Notes under the pieces: model-generated | Database searches by the model: none | Told to the model about the DNA's origin: nothing | The model's input: the letters and a program-made list of their open reading frames with translations, nothing else | Translations under genes and position numbers: made by a program | Assembly: GCA_003971905.1 (NCBI GenBank) | Contig: RSEE01000143.1 | Location: 62,001-126,000, forward strand | Length of the DNA: 64,000 nt | Source: Moniliella sp. 'wahieum' | Taxonomy: Eukaryota | Reading direction: 5' to 3' | In this document: piece by piece, positions 61,690 to 64,000 of the stretch | Numbering within the stretch: the stretch's first letter is position 1 | Layout: every line of letters starts with the position of its first letter

Positions 61690-64000
61690 ATGGAAGCCTC
61701 CCTGCCATCCGACCCGCCTCCCGCCTGCAGCGGGGCCGAGGCGCCTCCTCCTTTGCCCGTGCCTCCCTCCATGCACCCACAATATCTCTCACCCGCAGCG
61801 CGCGCAACAGCTTCCGCCACTCCTTTCTTCCTCATCAAGAGGACCGCACCGACGAAAGCCACACCTTTGTTCCGCCTCTCATTGCCGAGGTTAGGCCCGA
61901 TCCAGGCGTGCCTCCCATTCTGCTGTCCCCTTTGCTGTGGTGAACTGCGTTGTCTTTGGCGAATTTCTGCTGGCTGGTGTAGCAGGTCCTTTCTCTTCAG
62001 TTTAATCCACGATTTAGAACCGCACATGGACGACGGAACGACAGCCACATGGGCCGGCATCTTGGCTGCCGGCTTTTTCTTCTCCCAATTTCTCACCTCC
62101 CTGCTCTGGTCTGCCGCGGCTGACAAGTACGGGCGCCGCATTGTCCTTTTTACTTCGGCTGCCGGTTCGACGATTAGTGTCGTTCTGTACGGCTTTTCGC
62201 CTAGCCTTCGTTTTGCACTGGCTATGCGTCTTGTCCAGGGCTTTTTTAATGGTGCGTGGGCGTGGCCAAAGGCTCCGTCCGGTAGGTGCTTTCCCGTTCA
62301 CAATATGCTGATGTGTGCTAACATTGTGTCTGCCACAGTGACCTGACAGTCCCTGCAAATGAGGGCCAAGCCTTCGCTGTGCTCGGCTTCTGGTGGGCAT
62401 GGGCGGTATGTTGGGTACGTCATTCTCCACTCCTTCATTTTCAACCACACTCACAAAACCATTGTGCATATACATCTAATATTCCAGACCCATATTGGGT
62501 GGAGTCCTAGAACATCCGGGAGACAAGTATCCCTTCCTCGCTATTCCTCTCTTTATCACGTACCCGTACCTTCTCCCCTGCCTAGCGGCGGGGGCTTGCA
62601 CACTGATGGGTGCGGTCCTGGCACCCTTTACAGGTCCCAATGGAGGCTCGAGACAGGAAGGGCTCCCCTCGGTCGAAGAATTTCACGAAGAAGATTCTGG
62701 CCACCCTATGACGCCTAGGACCACCAGTTTGGTCCTAAGTCAGGCCCCACCACACTTTAGAAAAGCTTCAACTACCAGTCCCCTTCCACATGGGGTCCGA
62801 ACTAGTTTGCACCAGCAAGCTTTGCTGAACACAGCCGCAACTCCATGCGGCCGGAATCACAGATATTTGATGAGGACATGGAGAGTATGTGTCTTCAGCT
62901 CAAGTTCCCCCTCCCCTCCTCCTGTCCCTCGCCGGTTGGACGCTTGTCGTTTGCCCATCGCTTTGTTCTTGCAAACGATGACTTTCCCGTACACCTGTCC
63001 GATTTTTGGATCGCATCGGCTATCAATGGAGAAGAGTCGGAACCCATTGTCTTTTTTGACGACACAACTCCATCGGCAGTGTCGTCACGAAACACATCCT
63101 TTTCTGAGGAGGAGACGGGCGCTACTGAGATACTTCAAGACTCATTTTCCCATGAGGAGGAGGAGCAGGAGGAGGATGAGGAGCAGGAGGAGGAGGAGGA
63201 GCAGGAGGAGGAGCAGGAGGAGGAGGAGCAGGAACAATAGCAGGAAGAGAGGGAGCAAGAGCAGGGCCAACAGCCTGGTGAAGAGGCGCCACTACTCCCT
63301 GCCTGGCCGCGCAACGGAACCAGAGGTGAGGCCCCACGGCTTTCGGTATTTTCCCCATTTGAGGAAAGTTCAACCACCGGTCTCCGTCCGCTTTCTTCCT
63401 GGGCCGGAGCAGGGTTAGTACGGGGCCGCGCTTGCCAAGTCTGTATCGCTACTCGGGCCTCGGCATGGAGCTTCCATGGCACAGCCGAGTCTCTTTGTCC
63501 CCAGCATACGACATCAGGCCATGGTGGGGGAGGGAGTCGGCACAAGCGCAGGGGGGCGAGATCGTTGCCCTCCCTGAGCGACAGGTCAAGTACGGAACAA
63601 TCCCTGAAGCATCTCCACTGCCTCCTCCGCAAACTGGAACGTTTAATCGACTTCCGCTGGTAATAATCGGACATTACGCTTTGCTTGGCTTGCACGCCTC
63701 CACGTTTGATCAGGTCTTCCTTTCCTTCCTCGTGGCTCCGTGGGAGAATGGCGGACTGGGCTTGACAGCAGCTCACTTTGCTGCGCTAATAGCCTTCATG
63801 GTCATCTGTCAGTTGGGATTCCAATTTTATGTGTATCCGTACTTGGTCCGCCTTATGGTCCATTGACGCACCTTGGGATGCTGCGAGTTGGCCTGTTACT
63901 TTATCTACCGATCTACACCCTTTTCCCGCTCCTACGTTCCCTTCCCCTTCCCGAATCAGGGTGATGGCAGTCATGGTACTTCTTTCGGCAGTGCGCTGGC
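61690..64000 (+). CDS. MFS transporter (YCR023C/ZIF1-like) with a long acidic central loop; runs off the window
   Basis: WAGILAAGFFFSQFLTSLLWSAAADKYGRRIVL (motif A), RLVQGFFNG, YPYLLPCL and FDQVFLSFLVAPWENGGLGL. Confidence 0.85.

Overview
Gene-dense, GC-rich eukaryotic DNA from a fungus, with short GT-AG introns and CTRAC/CTAAC branch points. It is most likely a basidiomycete, possibly Ustilaginomycotina; that placement is inferred from protein similarity and gene style. About 20 protein-coding loci are recognisable: SH3BGR-domain protein, COX5, XPT1/HPT1-type phosphoribosyltransferase, two methyltransferases, TPS2, hotdog thioesterase, LOG, TRM1, RPS15, complex I NUXM, group III histidine kinase, Gly-rich protein, DAD3, DUF1769, Kin4-like kinase, GNAT, RNR-like, cyclin B and an MFS transporter. 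Most long genes carry single-base frameshifts, probably unpolished long-read errors, so their boundaries are approximate. Four things stand out. (1) A ribonucleotide reductase large-subunit homologue has lost its active-site cysteines but keeps the ATP cone, the effector loop and the C-terminal CxxC, making it a candidate pseudoenzyme. (2) MSH6 is in two oppositely oriented pieces about 23 kb apart, each next to the same intron-like ~74-bp repeat. (3) Intergenic arrays have TGA/TCA recurring every 7 bp around interchangeable palindromic 4-mers. (4) A B-type cyclin has a degenerate hydrophobic patch. No tRNA, rRNA or CRISPR array was seen.
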